From contig OZ253449.1 in the NCBI GenBank assembly GCA_965261345.1, positions 1,920,001 through 1,984,000 on the forward strand: 64,000 bases of DNA, read 5' to 3'. This document shows positions 1-10,453 of the stretch, piece by piece. The notes below the pieces were generated by a model. It worked only from the letters and a program-made list of their open reading frames with translations. It made no database searches and had not been told where the DNA came from. A program made the translations under genes and the position numbers. Source of the DNA: Chloroflexota bacterium. GTDB taxonomy: Bacteria; Chloroflexota; UBA11872; VXNJ01. Numbering within the stretch: position 1 is the stretch's first letter; every line of letters starts with the position of its first letter.

Positions 1-149
1 TCTATCGGACGGCCGCCGACCGAATGCCGCTTCCCCGGGGTCCGGCAGGGCCCGCGGTTGAAATTCCCAAATCCCGGCTGGCCAATTAAGATTCGATATA
101 CAGTAGCTGCCCGAAATCCTGCGGCTTCAAGGAAACACGGCAATTCCCG

Positions 150-548
150 ATGGCAACCGACTTGTCAACTCCCCAGATATCACTGACGGCCTCCGCCGCC
201 GAAGCATTTAACGGGATCGTTGCCAACAACGGCTATGACGAGGCGGCGATGAAGGTCGCGGTCGCTCCCGGCGGTTGCGGTGGCTGGGAATATCAATTGG
301 GAATTGCCCGACGCCCTTCCGATACCGATCTGGTCAGCGAATCGCAGGGGATCAGGCTGTTTGTCGATTCGATGACGCTGCCGATGTTTGACGGGGCCGT
401 TATTGATTTTTCCGACGGGCTCATGGGACAGGGATTCTCGGTGAGCAATCCTCTCTCTAAGGCCGATTGCTCCTGCGGGCAGTCTTTCAAGACCACCGCC
501 GGGACGGTCGACGAAGGTGCTTGCAGCTCAAAGGTTGCCGGAAACTAA
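150..548 (+). CDS. A-type Fe-S cluster carrier protein (HesB/IscA/ErpA family)
   Basis: GGCGG and C-terminal CSCGQSF motifs; 132 aa. Confidence 0.92.
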   Translation: MATDLSTPQISLTASAAEAFNGIVANNGYDEAAMKVAVAPGGCGGWEYQLGIARRPSDTDLVSESQGIRLFVDSMTLPMFDGAVIDFSDGLMGQGFSVSNPLSKADCSCGQSFKTTAGTVDEGACSSKVAGN

Positions 549-563
549 TCGCCAACTAGGCGG

Positions 564-2048
564 CTAACCCAACGCAGCCAGCGCCTTTCGGGCGGCGTTG
601 GCTTCATCGTAGGCCTGCGGACCGGAGGTGCCGATGATGCTCTGCTCATGGCCCTTGCCAAGTAAGGCGACGAGGTCGCCCGGACCTGCCCTGGATACGG
701 CGTAGGCAACCGCCTGCCAGCGGTCGTGAATGATCTCGAAGCGGGCGTTACGATTGCCGGACCCGATCCCCGCGGCGATTTCGGCGGCGATCTGATCGCG
801 GTTTTCGCCGCGTGGATCCTCATCGGTAATTACGATCAGGTCGGCCAATCGGGCGGCGATCCTGCCCATCATTGGGCGTTTGCCCCGATCGCGTTCGCCG
901 GCGCTGCCGAATACGGCGATCAGCTTTCCGGCGGTTCGTTGCCTAAGGACGGTGAGCACGGCCTGCAGACTGGCCGGCGAATGGGCGTAGTCGACGACCA
1001 AAGCAAAATCCTGGCCTAACTCTAGGAACTGCATCCGGCCGGGCGCTCCGGCGAAGGTGCCGGCCGCCGCCAGCAGATCCTCCAGGTCGAACCCAGCGAG
1101 GGCGCCGACCGCAATCGCCGCCAGCGCGTTTTCGACGTTGAAGGCGCCCTTCAGCGGAATTGACACGGTTGCCGAGCCCCAAGGGGAATCCAACTGAAAC
1201 CTGGTTCCTGAGCCGCTCGGGGATTCGTCGTGGCTTACGACATTGCCGATCCCGCGGCCGTAGGTAACCACCCGGGCGCTGCGGCCGGCCGCAAGCGACG
1301 GGGTAAACGGGTCGTGGGCGTTTAGCACCAGTGCTCCGCTCCGCTCGGGGCCGGCGGCGGATTCGACGAGGTCAGCCAGGCGGGCCTTGGCGGCACGATA
1401 GCGCTCCGCGGTCCCATGGTATTCGAGATGTTCGTGGGTGATCTGGGTATAGGCGGCAATATCGAATTGCAAGCCGTCGACGCGTTTTTGGTCGAGCCCG
1501 TGAGAGGTGGCCTCGATCACCGCCCAGGCGTTGCCGGCGTCGACCATTTCTGCCAGCAGGGCGCAGACCCGCACCGCTGAAGGGGTCGTCTGGTGCTCGG
1601 AGCGGGCGGCGAGCTCCGCGCCGACCCCGATTTGGGCGGTCGAGATTAACCCGCAAGGGGACCCCGCCATCGTTAAAAGGTGCGAAATCAGCGAGCAGGT
1701 GGTGGTCTTGCCGTCGGTCCCGGTAACCCCGATTAGGCCCATTGCCCGGTCGGGTTCACCGTAAAACCGCCGCGCCAGCTGCGCTAGGGCCAGGCGTGAG
1801 TCCTCAACCACCAGCCCGCAGACGTTGCCGGGCAGGCTAAGCGGGCGCTGTGAGACGATTGCCGCCGCGCCGCCGGCAATGGCGGCGGATACGAAGTCGT
1901 GGCCATCCACCCTAGCGCCTGGAATCGCCACGAACAATGCTCCGGGGCCGATCTGGCGCGAATCCGGGGTGATAGCCGAAATGTCGGGGTCGGGACCATG
2001 GTGGGACCTTGAGTCGGAAACCGCCCCAAGCAGCCGGGTGAGTTTCAA
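564..2048 (-). CDS. murE: UDP-MurNAc-L-Ala-D-Glu--diamino acid ligase
   Basis: GVTGTDGKTT P-loop, EATSHG, DYAHSP and GKGHE motifs; specificity motif EDPR; TTG start at 2048 overlaps the upstream stop (TTGA), while the ORF track starts at 2072. Confidence 0.92.
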   Translation of the reverse strand: MKLTRLLGAVSDSRSHHGPDPDISAITPDSRQIGPGALFVAIPGARVDGHDFVSAAIAGGAAAIVSQRPLSLPGNVCGLVVEDSRLALAQLARRFYGEPDRAMGLIGVTGTDGKTTTCSLISHLLTMAGSPCGLISTAQIGVGAELAARSEHQTTPSAVRVCALLAEMVDAGNAWAVIEATSHGLDQKRVDGLQFDIAAYTQITHEHLEYHGTAERYRAAKARLADLVESAAGPERSGALVLNAHDPFTPSLAAGRSARVVTYGRGIGNVVSHDESPSGSGTRFQLDSPWGSATVSIPLKGAFNVENALAAIAVGALAGFDLEDLLAAAGTFAGAPGRMQFLELGQDFALVVDYAHSPASLQAVLTVLRQRTAGKLIAVFGSAGERDRGKRPMMGRIAARLADLIVITDEDPRGENRDQIAAEIAAGIGSGNRNARFEIIHDRWQAVAYAVSRAGPGDLVALLGKGHEQSIIGTSGPQAYDEANAARKALAALG

Positions 2049-3103
2049 TTGGCGGCCGGTTCGGTCCGCCAACCCTTGGCCATGATCTGCGTGTAGAGCG
2101 GGAGAGCCGCACGGACGATGCCGCTCAGGGGTCGCGACAGGGCCAGGTCAAAGGTACCGGGATGTTCGACCGGTTGAGGGTTGAATCCGGACTTGAAACG
2201 GGCAACCCCAGCCATCGGGTCGTCCGGGTCGTCCGGATCGGTCATCCCCCACAGATCGTAGCGGGTGCAGCCGTGGGCCCGGGCCCAGCGCATGGCCGCC
2301 CACTGGACGGCGAAACTGGGCATTCGCGGTCGCTGCTGCGAGGACGACGCGCCGTACAGATACACCGCTTCGCGTCCGGTGCGGACCACCATCAGGGCGG
2401 CCAGGTCCTCGTCCCGGTAGCTGGCCATGAGCAGGGCGGCGTCATCGGGGGCGAACGCGTCGAAAACGGTTTGATAATAACCCTGATCGTGGACCCCAAA
2501 CCCGTCGCGGCGGCTGGTTTCGAGCGAGAGTCGGTAAAAACTGGCCATATCCTGGCGGCCGCCGGATCGGATCTCGACGCCGCGACGGGCCGAAAGCCGG
2601 GTGTTGTAGCGCGCCTTGGACTTGAACCCGGCCAAAATCTCCGGTTCCGGGCGCAGCAGGTCGACATGGGCTGAATGGCGGATTTGCAGGAACTGGTCAC
2701 TCCATTCAAAACCCATCTGGGCCAGCACCGGGCATATCCAGTCGGCGGAATCGGCCGGCGGTTCGGCGCGCAGCAAATTGGTCCCCGCCGCCCGCGCCTC
2801 GGCAATCGCGGCGGAGAAAAGTTGGCTGGTGATCTGGTCGTCCAGCTGTCCGATCGGGCCGCGCGGCACATAGGCCACGCCGACAATCGGCAAGACGGGC
2901 AGCAGGCGCTGCCGCTGGATCAGCATCTGCAATCCGGCAACCAGATCGGCGCCCCGATAGGCGCCAATTCGAATCGGCTTCCAGCCGTTGCGACGCTTGA
3001 CCTGACCCCATTCCCAGCGCTGCAGAAAACTGGCCATCGAATCCGGAGGGAACAGCTTTTGCCATTCCGACTGGAACATGACCGGGCGAATCGTCAGCTG
3101 CAC
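2045..3103 (-). CDS. FemABX-family aminoacyl-tRNA-dependent peptidoglycan bridge transferase
   Basis: FLQRWEW..K, YVPRGP, YLYGAS, YDLWG and FKSGF motifs; lacks the long coiled-coil insert (FemX-like size). Confidence 0.88.
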   Translation of the reverse strand: MQLTIRPVMFQSEWQKLFPPDSMASFLQRWEWGQVKRRNGWKPIRIGAYRGADLVAGLQMLIQRQRLLPVLPIVGVAYVPRGPIGQLDDQITSQLFSAAIAEARAAGTNLLRAEPPADSADWICPVLAQMGFEWSDQFLQIRHSAHVDLLRPEPEILAGFKSKARYNTRLSARRGVEIRSGGRQDMASFYRLSLETSRRDGFGVHDQGYYQTVFDAFAPDDAALLMASYRDEDLAALMVVRTGREAVYLYGASSSQQRPRMPSFAVQWAAMRWARAHGCTRYDLWGMTDPDDPDDPMAGVARFKSGFNPQPVEHPGTFDLALSRPLSGIVRAALPLYTQIMAKGWRTEPAAN

Positions 3104-3834
3104 GCCGGGACCGTCCCGTCCAGATCGGCAACGTGGATGGCGACGCTACCAAAGCCCAGGCGACGCCAGGCGACCCGGTCGAAACCGGCCTGTCTGAGTT
3201 CGTCGGCCAATAGTTCCGGGCCGGGAAACCGTTCGACCGATGCCGGCAGGTAGGAGTAGGCAAATGGGTGCCGACTGATCATTCGCCCCAGCCAGGGCGC
3301 CAGGACTCCGAAATGGATTCGAAAAAGCCGGGCCAGCAGCCCGGTCCCCATCGGGGTCATTTCCAAAATGACCAGCCGCCCGCCAGGTCCAAGGACTCGG
3401 GCCCATTCAAGGAACGCCCCGGCCCGGTCGGGAATGTTGCGCACCGCGAACGCGGAGACCAGGGCATCGGCGCCGCCACTGGATATTGGCAGGGCCAGCG
3501 CGTCGGCCTGCAGCAACAGCCCGCCGGCCGCGTGCACGCGGCTTTGCCCGGCCTGCAGCATCGCCGCCGAAAAATCGATCCCGGCGACTAACAGCGGATA
3601 TTGCGCCCGCCGCAAAGCCAACGCCACCAGATCGCCGGTGCCGCACCCTACGTCCAGCAGCAGCGTTGGTTTTTTGCAAAGCGCCAGATCGACCGTCGAA
3701 CGTCGCCAACCGGAATCGAGGCCCAGGCTGATCAGCCGATTGAGCCGGTCATAGGTAGGGGCGATGGCGTCGAACATGGCCTGGACCTGGGCTCCGGCCA
3801 GGCGTCCCGGATCAGTGGGCTCGGTCAACGACAA
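3094..3834 (-). CDS. menG: Demethylmenaquinone methyltransferase (UbiE/MenG)
   Basis: MFDAIAPTYDRLN, DVGCGTGD SAM motif, YSYLPASV. Confidence 0.88.
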   Translation of the reverse strand: MSLTEPTDPGRLAGAQVQAMFDAIAPTYDRLNRLISLGLDSGWRRSTVDLALCKKPTLLLDVGCGTGDLVALALRRAQYPLLVAGIDFSAAMLQAGQSRVHAAGGLLLQADALALPISSGGADALVSAFAVRNIPDRAGAFLEWARVLGPGGRLVILEMTPMGTGLLARLFRIHFGVLAPWLGRMISRHPFAYSYLPASVERFPGPELLADELRQAGFDRVAWRRLGFGSVAIHVADLDGTVPACS

Positions 3835-4789
3835 ACTCGGTCAATTCGGCAAATGCCCGGCGGCAGGGATTGTCGGGGAACCCGTCCAAGCGCGATCGCG
3901 CCTGAATTGCCAGCTCTCGGGCCACCGCCACCGCCGACGCCAGCGCCCCGCTGTCGGCGATCTCGGACAGTGCGCCGGCCAGGTTTTCGGGACCGGCTCT
4001 GCTGCTGCGGTAGAAATCGGCCACCGCGCCGGAAGGGTTATTGCCCAGATGGAGCAGGACCGGCAGCGTCAACTGAGCCTGCAGCAAATCGCTACCGACC
4101 GGCTTGCCGGTCAGTTGCGGGTCGCCGGACAGATCGAGCACGTCATCGAAGATTTGAAACGCCATGCCAAGTTCTACTCCGGCCAGCCGCATCATTTCCT
4201 GCCGGCGAGATCCCTGATCGGCCAGGTCAGCGGCGGCATTAGCGCACAGCCCGATCAACGATGCAGTTTTGCCCCTGATCTTGGCCAGATAGTCGGCCTT
4301 GGCGGCGTCTGGGCCATCGCCCAGATCGGGAGAGTTCAATTCGGCCCGGGCCATCTGCATGATCACCGCCGCAAATTTCGAAACGATGGTGGGCCGACCA
4401 AGACCGGCGATCAATTCGGCCGAGAGCGCGAACATGTAGTCACCGGACAGAATTGCAAATCCCGGCGACCAGAGGGTATGGACGGTCTCGCGGCCCCGCC
4501 GGGTGTCGGCCGAATCGACGACATCATCGTGGACCAGGGTGGCGGTGTGCAGGCATTCGACCCCGCAGGCAAGTTCGATGGCCTGGCTGTTGAGGCGGTC
4601 AAAGATCCCGACCGAAAGCAGGACCAGCAATGGCCGCAGGCGCTTGGCGGGGGCGGCAAACAGAGTTTGCAGGACGGCGGCGATCATGGGCGAGGGTTCT
4701 GAGTCGCAAATCTGATCGAGGCGCGCATCCACCGCGCTCAGCCAGTCCCCGACCGGACCGGCGATCTGGTCAAGGTCGCGGGTCGCCAT
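3812..4789 (-). CDS. Trans-polyprenyl diphosphate synthase
   Basis: KRLRP, HDDVVD (first Asp-rich motif), GKTASL, FQIFDDVLD (second Asp-rich motif). Confidence 0.92.
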   Translation of the reverse strand: MATRDLDQIAGPVGDWLSAVDARLDQICDSEPSPMIAAVLQTLFAAPAKRLRPLLVLLSVGIFDRLNSQAIELACGVECLHTATLVHDDVVDSADTRRGRETVHTLWSPGFAILSGDYMFALSAELIAGLGRPTIVSKFAAVIMQMARAELNSPDLGDGPDAAKADYLAKIRGKTASLIGLCANAAADLADQGSRRQEMMRLAGVELGMAFQIFDDVLDLSGDPQLTGKPVGSDLLQAQLTLPVLLHLGNNPSGAVADFYRSSRAGPENLAGALSEIADSGALASAVAVARELAIQARSRLDGFPDNPCRRAFAELTEFVVDRAH

Positions 4790-5560
4790 CTAGGTCGAAC
4801 CAGCGCCGAACAGGGTGGTGGCGTTCTCGGTCGTTTGACGCGCCAGTTCAGTAGTGTCGATCTCCCGCAGTCCCGCCAACAGGGTCGCGGTATAGGTGAT
4901 GTTGGACGGCTGGTTGCGGCGCCCGGTCTTGGCCCGGCGCGGCACCATGTAGGGCGAGTCGGTTTCGATCAATAGCCTCTCGATCGGGACCGCTTGGGCG
5001 GCCGCGCGGGTTTGCGGCGCCGACCGGTAGGTTAAAAGGCCGGCGAACGACACATGCAGGCCGGCGTCAAGGAAACGGGCCAAATCGGCTTCCCCGAGGC
5101 TCCAGCAGTGCATTACCCCTCGCAGGCGCCGGCCGGCGAGCTGTTCGGCGATCGCTCCAGCCGATTCGCGCTGGTGGATGATGACCGGCAGGTCGCAGCG
5201 CTCGGCCTGATCCAGGTGCCAGCTGAGGCATTCAGCCTGGATGGGCAGCGCCGGATAGCCTCGACCGGAAAAATCGAGGCCGATCTCACCGACCGCGAGG
5301 ACCTTTTTTTGGCGATAAAGGTTGGACAGGTCGGCCCTGGTCTGATCGTCAAGTTGATCGGCCGCATAGGGATGGATGCCGGCCGCGGCGAATATCTTGG
5401 GGCTGTCCTGGCTCAGGCGGATTGCCCGCTGCGATGACGACCAGTCGTAGCCGGGGACCATGTAACCGGTAACGCCGGCGGCGCTCGCGCGGACCAGGAC
5501 ATCGGCAAGGTCGTCCTCAAAGGCCGGGTGGTTCAGATGACAGTGCGAATCAAAATACAC
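4790..5560 (-). CDS. tatD: TatD-family metal-dependent hydrolase/DNase
   Basis: DSHCHL, GIHP, GEIGLD, ETDSPY; likely GTG start at 5560. Confidence 0.9.
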   Translation of the reverse strand: MYFDSHCHLNHPAFEDDLADVLVRASAAGVTGYMVPGYDWSSSQRAIRLSQDSPKIFAAAGIHPYAADQLDDQTRADLSNLYRQKKVLAVGEIGLDFSGRGYPALPIQAECLSWHLDQAERCDLPVIIHQRESAGAIAEQLAGRRLRGVMHCWSLGEADLARFLDAGLHVSFAGLLTYRSAPQTRAAAQAVPIERLLIETDSPYMVPRRAKTGRRNQPSNITYTATLLAGLREIDTTELARQTTENATTLFGAGST

Positions 5561-5574
5561 CGAGCTGCCGGCCG

Positions 5575-7107
5575 CTACTGGAGCATCTCGAGACGTGGAA
5601 ACAGGGGCGAACCGCCCGGAACCGCTTGGCCTGGAGTTAGCTGCGACCATTGCGAAGCGCTTGCCCACTGGCCGTCGGAAGGTTCCCGACAGCCTAATTG
5701 CAACGCCATCGCCGCGCCGACCGCGGGCATGGCCGGAGTGATAAGAACCGCGATCTGGCGCAGGCAGTCAGCTAGCAGGTAGAGGATAGTGTCGACCCGC
5801 CCGGCCGCCGCCGGGTCGGCCGCAATTCGAAAAGGTTGGGCCTTATCGACGTACCGATTGGCGGCCGCCACCAATCGCCAGATGGCCTCGAGTCCTTCCG
5901 AAAACTCCCAGGCGCCGAAACGTTCGGTGGTCGCATGCCATGCCATCTTGGCGGCCTCCCGCAACTCATCGTCGATTGGGTCGTGCTGGCTCGGGGCCGG
6001 CAACATTCCATCGCGATAGCGGGCGATCATCTTCACGCAGCGGTTGAGCAGGTTGCCCAGGTCATTGCCCAGGTCGTGGTGGTAACGCGAATTCAGAGTT
6101 TCGCGCCGAAAACTTCCATCAAGGAGGAATCGCATTTCGCGCAAAAGGTAGTAGCGCAGCGGGTCGACGCCGTAATGCTCGGTAATTGCGTAGGGGTCGA
6201 TTATGTTGCCCCGAGTTTTGCTGAGTTTCTCGCCGGCCATATCGATGAATCCGTGCGAGACGATCTTGGCCGGCGGTTCCAGGCCGCACGACCAGAGCAT
6301 GGCTGGCCAGTAGATGGCATGGAAGCGAAGGATGTCCTTGCCGATCACCTGGGCATCGCAGGGCCACCAGCGGGCAAATGAGTCCGGGTCGCCATCGAAG
6401 CCAACCACCGTGGCGTAGTTGATCAGGGCGTCGAACCAGACGTAGATGACGTGCTGGGAATCATTCGGCGTCGGAATTCCCCAGTCGGCCCGATGCCGTG
6501 ATACCGAGAAGTCCTTCAATCCGCTCTCGATAAGGGAGAGCATCTCGTTGTAGCGCGAACGCGGAATCACGAATTCAGGGTTGTCCAGGAAGTGTTGCCG
6601 CAGCCGATCGCGATATCGGCTGAGCCGGAAAAAGTAGTTCTCTTCGGCCAACCACTCCGGCGCCGCCTGGTGGATGGGGCACAGGCCCGCGGCCAGTTCG
6701 GCTTCGGCGTAATAGTGCTCACAGGAAAGGCAATACCAGCCCTCATAGCGGTCCAGGTAGATATCGCCTTTTGCCTGCGCTCGGCGGAAAAACTCCTGCG
6801 AGGCGGCGGTGTGCCGATCTTCGGTGGTCCGGATGAAGGCGCTGGCCGAGATTTCAAGATGCTCCCAAAGGCGGGCAAATTTCGGCGACATCGAATCCAC
6901 AAAATCCCGGGTTGACTGCCCCCCGGCCAGAGCGGTACGGGCGACGTTGAGGCTGTTTTCATCAACCCCGGTCGAAAAAAACACGTCGTTGCCCAGCAAT
7001 CGCTGAAAGCGTGCTTGGCAATCGGCGCCGATTTTTTCAAAGGCATGGCCCAGATGTGGCTCGCCGTTGGGGTAATCGATCGCGCAGGCTTGGTAGTACT
7101 TGGGCAT
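5575..7107 (-). CDS. metG: Methionine--tRNA ligase (short form without the C-terminal tRNA-binding domain)
   Basis: YPNGEPHLGH (HIGH), Zn-knuckle CxxC..CxxH, YVWFDAL, KLSKT (KMSKS). Confidence 0.95.
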   Translation of the reverse strand: MPKYYQACAIDYPNGEPHLGHAFEKIGADCQARFQRLLGNDVFFSTGVDENSLNVARTALAGGQSTRDFVDSMSPKFARLWEHLEISASAFIRTTEDRHTAASQEFFRRAQAKGDIYLDRYEGWYCLSCEHYYAEAELAAGLCPIHQAAPEWLAEENYFFRLSRYRDRLRQHFLDNPEFVIPRSRYNEMLSLIESGLKDFSVSRHRADWGIPTPNDSQHVIYVWFDALINYATVVGFDGDPDSFARWWPCDAQVIGKDILRFHAIYWPAMLWSCGLEPPAKIVSHGFIDMAGEKLSKTRGNIIDPYAITEHYGVDPLRYYLLREMRFLLDGSFRRETLNSRYHHDLGNDLGNLLNRCVKMIARYRDGMLPAPSQHDPIDDELREAAKMAWHATTERFGAWEFSEGLEAIWRLVAAANRYVDKAQPFRIAADPAAAGRVDTILYLLADCLRQIAVLITPAMPAVGAAMALQLGCREPSDGQWASASQWSQLTPGQAVPGGSPLFPRLEMLQ

Positions 7108-7251
7108 TATTTCCCGGGGCCGCAAGATGGGCGCATCCGACGCAATTATCCCAGCGGGGCGGCAAAATCAATTTGCGTGGGCGAAATTTATGCCCGGCAC
7201 CGGATTGTTCGGGCGACTCCATGGGACCGCCTAGCCACCAAAGGTCGTTGT

Positions 7252-9066
7252 ATGACGCAAGCCGCCACCCCGACCAGCAGCGCCGACGGCGTAGCCTGGG
7301 ATCTCTCCGACCTCTACGCTGGCGCCGGGGACAAGCAGATCGAAGATGACCTGACCAGCGCCCAAAAACAGGCCGAGGCGTTCCGAGTCCGCTACGAGGG
7401 CCGGGTCGGCGAATTGGACGCGGCCGAAATACACGCGGCGATGCGGCAGCTCGAGGACCTGGCCGAACTCTCTGATCGCCCCCTGATCTTTGCCCACTTG
7501 GCCCATGCCGCCGACAGTTCCGACCCGGCCAACGGTGCCCTAGTGGCCCGGACCGCTGAGGCCAATTCACAGGTCCGTACCCAGCTGCTGTTCTTCGAGC
7601 TCGAATGGCTTGCCTTGCCCGACCGCCAGACTGACCAGATCATCGCTGACCGGCGGGTGGGGCGTTACGCCCATTACCTCGAAAAAGGCCTGCTGTACCG
7701 GCCGCACGTACTGGACCAGCCGGTCGAGGAGGCCTTGGAGCAGAAATCCAATACTGGCGCGCGCGCGTTCTCCCGCCTGTTTGACGAGATAACCAGCTCA
7801 CTGGAATGCGACGTCGACATGCCCGGCGGCCGGCAGCGACTCAACGAGTCGGCGACCCTTGCGCTACTGCATGATCAAGACCGGCCGACTCGCATGGCCG
7901 CCGCCGCCGGACTGACCGCGACCCTACGGTCCAATTCGCGGGTTCTCACATACATCTTCAACACCCTGTTGCAGGATCACAGCATCGAGGACCAGCTCCG
8001 CGATCGCCCCCACCCGATGCTGGCCCGCAATCTGGCCAATGAGATTTCGCTGCCCGCGGTGGAATCCTTAATCAGCGCCTGCGTCAATTCGTACCCGCTG
8101 GTCGAGCGCTACTACCGGTTAAAGGCCGGCATGCTTGGATTAGAGCAACTCTACGACTACGATCGCTACGCACCGCTGGCCCAAGCGCAGAGCACTTGGC
8201 CTTGGGGCCAGGCGCGGCAGATCGTCACCGAGAGCTATGCTCAGTTTTCCCCGCAGGCAGGGTCGATCGTCGAGCGGTTTTTTGACTCGGACTGGATCGA
8301 TGCCGAATTGCGCAACGGCAAACGTGGCGGCGCGTTTTCGGCCGGCGGGCCGAGCAATGCGCATCCCTACATCCTGTGCAACTACACCGACCGGCCGCGC
8401 GACGTCATGACGGTCGCCCATGAGTTGGGACACGGCATTCACCAGTACTTGGCGCGCGGCGTCGGATATCTGCAATCGCACACCCCGCTGACGATGGCCG
8501 AAACCGCATCGGTATTCGGCGAAATGATCGTCTTCAACCGACTGGTTGAGACCTGCACCGATCCCGCCGAACGCCTCCTATTGCTCTCCGGCAAGATCGA
8601 GGACACCTTCGCCACCGTTTTTCGGCAGATCGTGTTGACTTCCTTTGAACAGGCCGCGCATGCGGCCCGGCGCAGCGAGGGTGAACTTTCCAGCGGACGA
8701 ATCGGCGAACTTTGGATGGAGGCAAACGCGCCGATGCACGGTGACGTAGTCAAGCTGACCGCGGACTACGAGTGCTGGTGGAGCTACATTCCGCACTTTA
8801 TCCACACCCCTTTCTACACCTATGCCTACAGCTTTGGCCATCTGCTGGTGTTGGCCCTATTTGACATCTACCGCCGCGAGGGCGATGCGTTCGTTCCCGG
8901 CTATTTGGAAATGCTCTCCCGCGGCGGATCGGCCTCGCCGGGTGAGCTGGTTGCCCCGCTGGGGGTTGATCTGGATGACCCCGAGCTCTGGGGGCGTGGG
9001 CTGGCAGTCATCGCCGAGATGATCGCCGAAGCCGAAGTCTTAGCTGGGGCTCAGGCCGAGCGATGA
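7252..9066 (+). CDS. M3-family oligoendopeptidase F
   Basis: WDLSDLY N-terminus, GKRGGAF, HELGH zinc motif, FYTYAYSFG; ATG at 7252. Confidence 0.92.
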   Translation: MTQAATPTSSADGVAWDLSDLYAGAGDKQIEDDLTSAQKQAEAFRVRYEGRVGELDAAEIHAAMRQLEDLAELSDRPLIFAHLAHAADSSDPANGALVARTAEANSQVRTQLLFFELEWLALPDRQTDQIIADRRVGRYAHYLEKGLLYRPHVLDQPVEEALEQKSNTGARAFSRLFDEITSSLECDVDMPGGRQRLNESATLALLHDQDRPTRMAAAAGLTATLRSNSRVLTYIFNTLLQDHSIEDQLRDRPHPMLARNLANEISLPAVESLISACVNSYPLVERYYRLKAGMLGLEQLYDYDRYAPLAQAQSTWPWGQARQIVTESYAQFSPQAGSIVERFFDSDWIDAELRNGKRGGAFSAGGPSNAHPYILCNYTDRPRDVMTVAHELGHGIHQYLARGVGYLQSHTPLTMAETASVFGEMIVFNRLVETCTDPAERLLLLSGKIEDTFATVFRQIVLTSFEQAAHAARRSEGELSSGRIGELWMEANAPMHGDVVKLTADYECWWSYIPHFIHTPFYTYAYSFGHLLVLALFDIYRREGDAFVPGYLEMLSRGGSASPGELVAPLGVDLDDPELWGRGLAVIAEMIAEAEVLAGAQAER

Positions 9067-9085
9067 CGATTGGCCACTTCCGAGC

Positions 9086-10453
9086 ATGCGTTCAGCGCTA
9101 GCTGCCAGCGCCGCCAGGCTGGCTCGGGCGCTGGCGCGCCGCCTGGGGCGCGGCGGATCGGCCTTGCCGGGCCTGGTTGCTCACTCCTTGGCCCCGGACC
9201 TGCTTTATGATTTGGCCGCAGGTTTGCCGCGTGGCTGCGTGCTAATTAGCGGCACCAACGGCAAGACCACGACCGCAGGCCTTAGCGCTTCGGTAATTGG
9301 CCGCTGTGGATTCGAGCCGATCAGCAACCCCTCGGGGTCCAACTTGGCGCGTGGTGTGCTGGCCCACCTGCTTGAGCATGCCGACTGGGCCGGGCGCCCG
9401 CGTTGGGGTCAATCGGCGATCGGTGTATTCGAACTGGACGAGGCCCAGTTGATTGCTTCGCTGGTCCGCCTGCGTCCGCGGGTTCTGGCGCTCACCAACC
9501 TATTTCGTGACCAGTTAGATCGCTACGGCGAGCTGGATTCACTCAGCGCCGGCATAACCGCATCGCTGGGGCAATGCACGACCGCCCCGGTCCTGGTTGT
9601 AAATGTCGATGATCCGGTGCTCTGCCACATCGCCAGCGGCCACCACGGGATGGTGATCGGCTACGGCCTGGAACCGCCGCGGGATGGCCGCCAGCCCGAC
9701 GAATGGGCCGACTCGACGCTCTGCCCGCGTTGTGGTGGGGATCTTGGCTACGACGGTGTGGTCTTCTCCCACCTGGGCCGGTGGGCCTGTCCGGCCTGCG
9801 GGTTCGCCCGCCCCGAACCTCACGTCCGGGCCCGCAGCGACCAGGCCGGCGGCGACCTGGTTGATCTAAAGGTCAGCCTGGGCCAGGGGACCGTGACCCT
9901 CCAGAGCCAGCTGAGCGGGACGTACAACGCCTACAACCTGCTCTGTGCGCTGGCGGTTGCCAGTGCCCTCTCGCTCGCCCCGGGTGCGGCCGCGCGGGCG
10001 CTAAGTCAATCGGCTCCGAGTTTTGGACGCTCCGAACGGATAGCCCTAGGGACCAGGGAAGTGACCCTGATGCTGATGAAGAACCCGACCGGGGCCAACG
10101 AGCTGGCTCGCATGCTGGCCGACCGGCGCGAGGATTTTCTGATCCTGCTAAACGACCAGGCCGCCGACGGGGAGGATGTCTCCTGGATCTGGGACGTTAA
10201 TTTTTCAGTGCTTGATCCGAAGCGACTCTTCGTCGGCGGGCGACGAGCGGCCGACATGGCGCTGAGGCTCAAATACGCCGGGTTGCAAACTGACCTTGCG
10301 GTGGAGGGTCCGGTGGCAAAATCACTCGATGCCGCCTTGGATGCGGGCGGCGATCGTCTGCTGATATTGGCAACCTATACCGCAATGCTGCAAATCCGGA
10401 GAGAGCTGGTCAAACGCGGCGCCGCCAGAGAGTATTGGCAGGCGACCGAATGA
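9086..10453 (+). CDS. murT: Lipid II isoglutaminyl synthase subunit MurT
   Basis: GTNGKTTT, NLFRDQLDRYGE, CPRC..CPAC zinc finger, KNPTG, DVSWIWDV; ATGA overlap with gatD. Confidence 0.9.
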   Translation: MRSALAASAARLARALARRLGRGGSALPGLVAHSLAPDLLYDLAAGLPRGCVLISGTNGKTTTAGLSASVIGRCGFEPISNPSGSNLARGVLAHLLEHADWAGRPRWGQSAIGVFELDEAQLIASLVRLRPRVLALTNLFRDQLDRYGELDSLSAGITASLGQCTTAPVLVVNVDDPVLCHIASGHHGMVIGYGLEPPRDGRQPDEWADSTLCPRCGGDLGYDGVVFSHLGRWACPACGFARPEPHVRARSDQAGGDLVDLKVSLGQGTVTLQSQLSGTYNAYNLLCALAVASALSLAPGAAARALSQSAPSFGRSERIALGTREVTLMLMKNPTGANELARMLADRREDFLILLNDQAADGEDVSWIWDVNFSVLDPKRLFVGGRRAADMALRLKYAGLQTDLAVEGPVAKSLDAALDAGGDRLLILATYTAMLQIRRELVKRGAAREYWQATE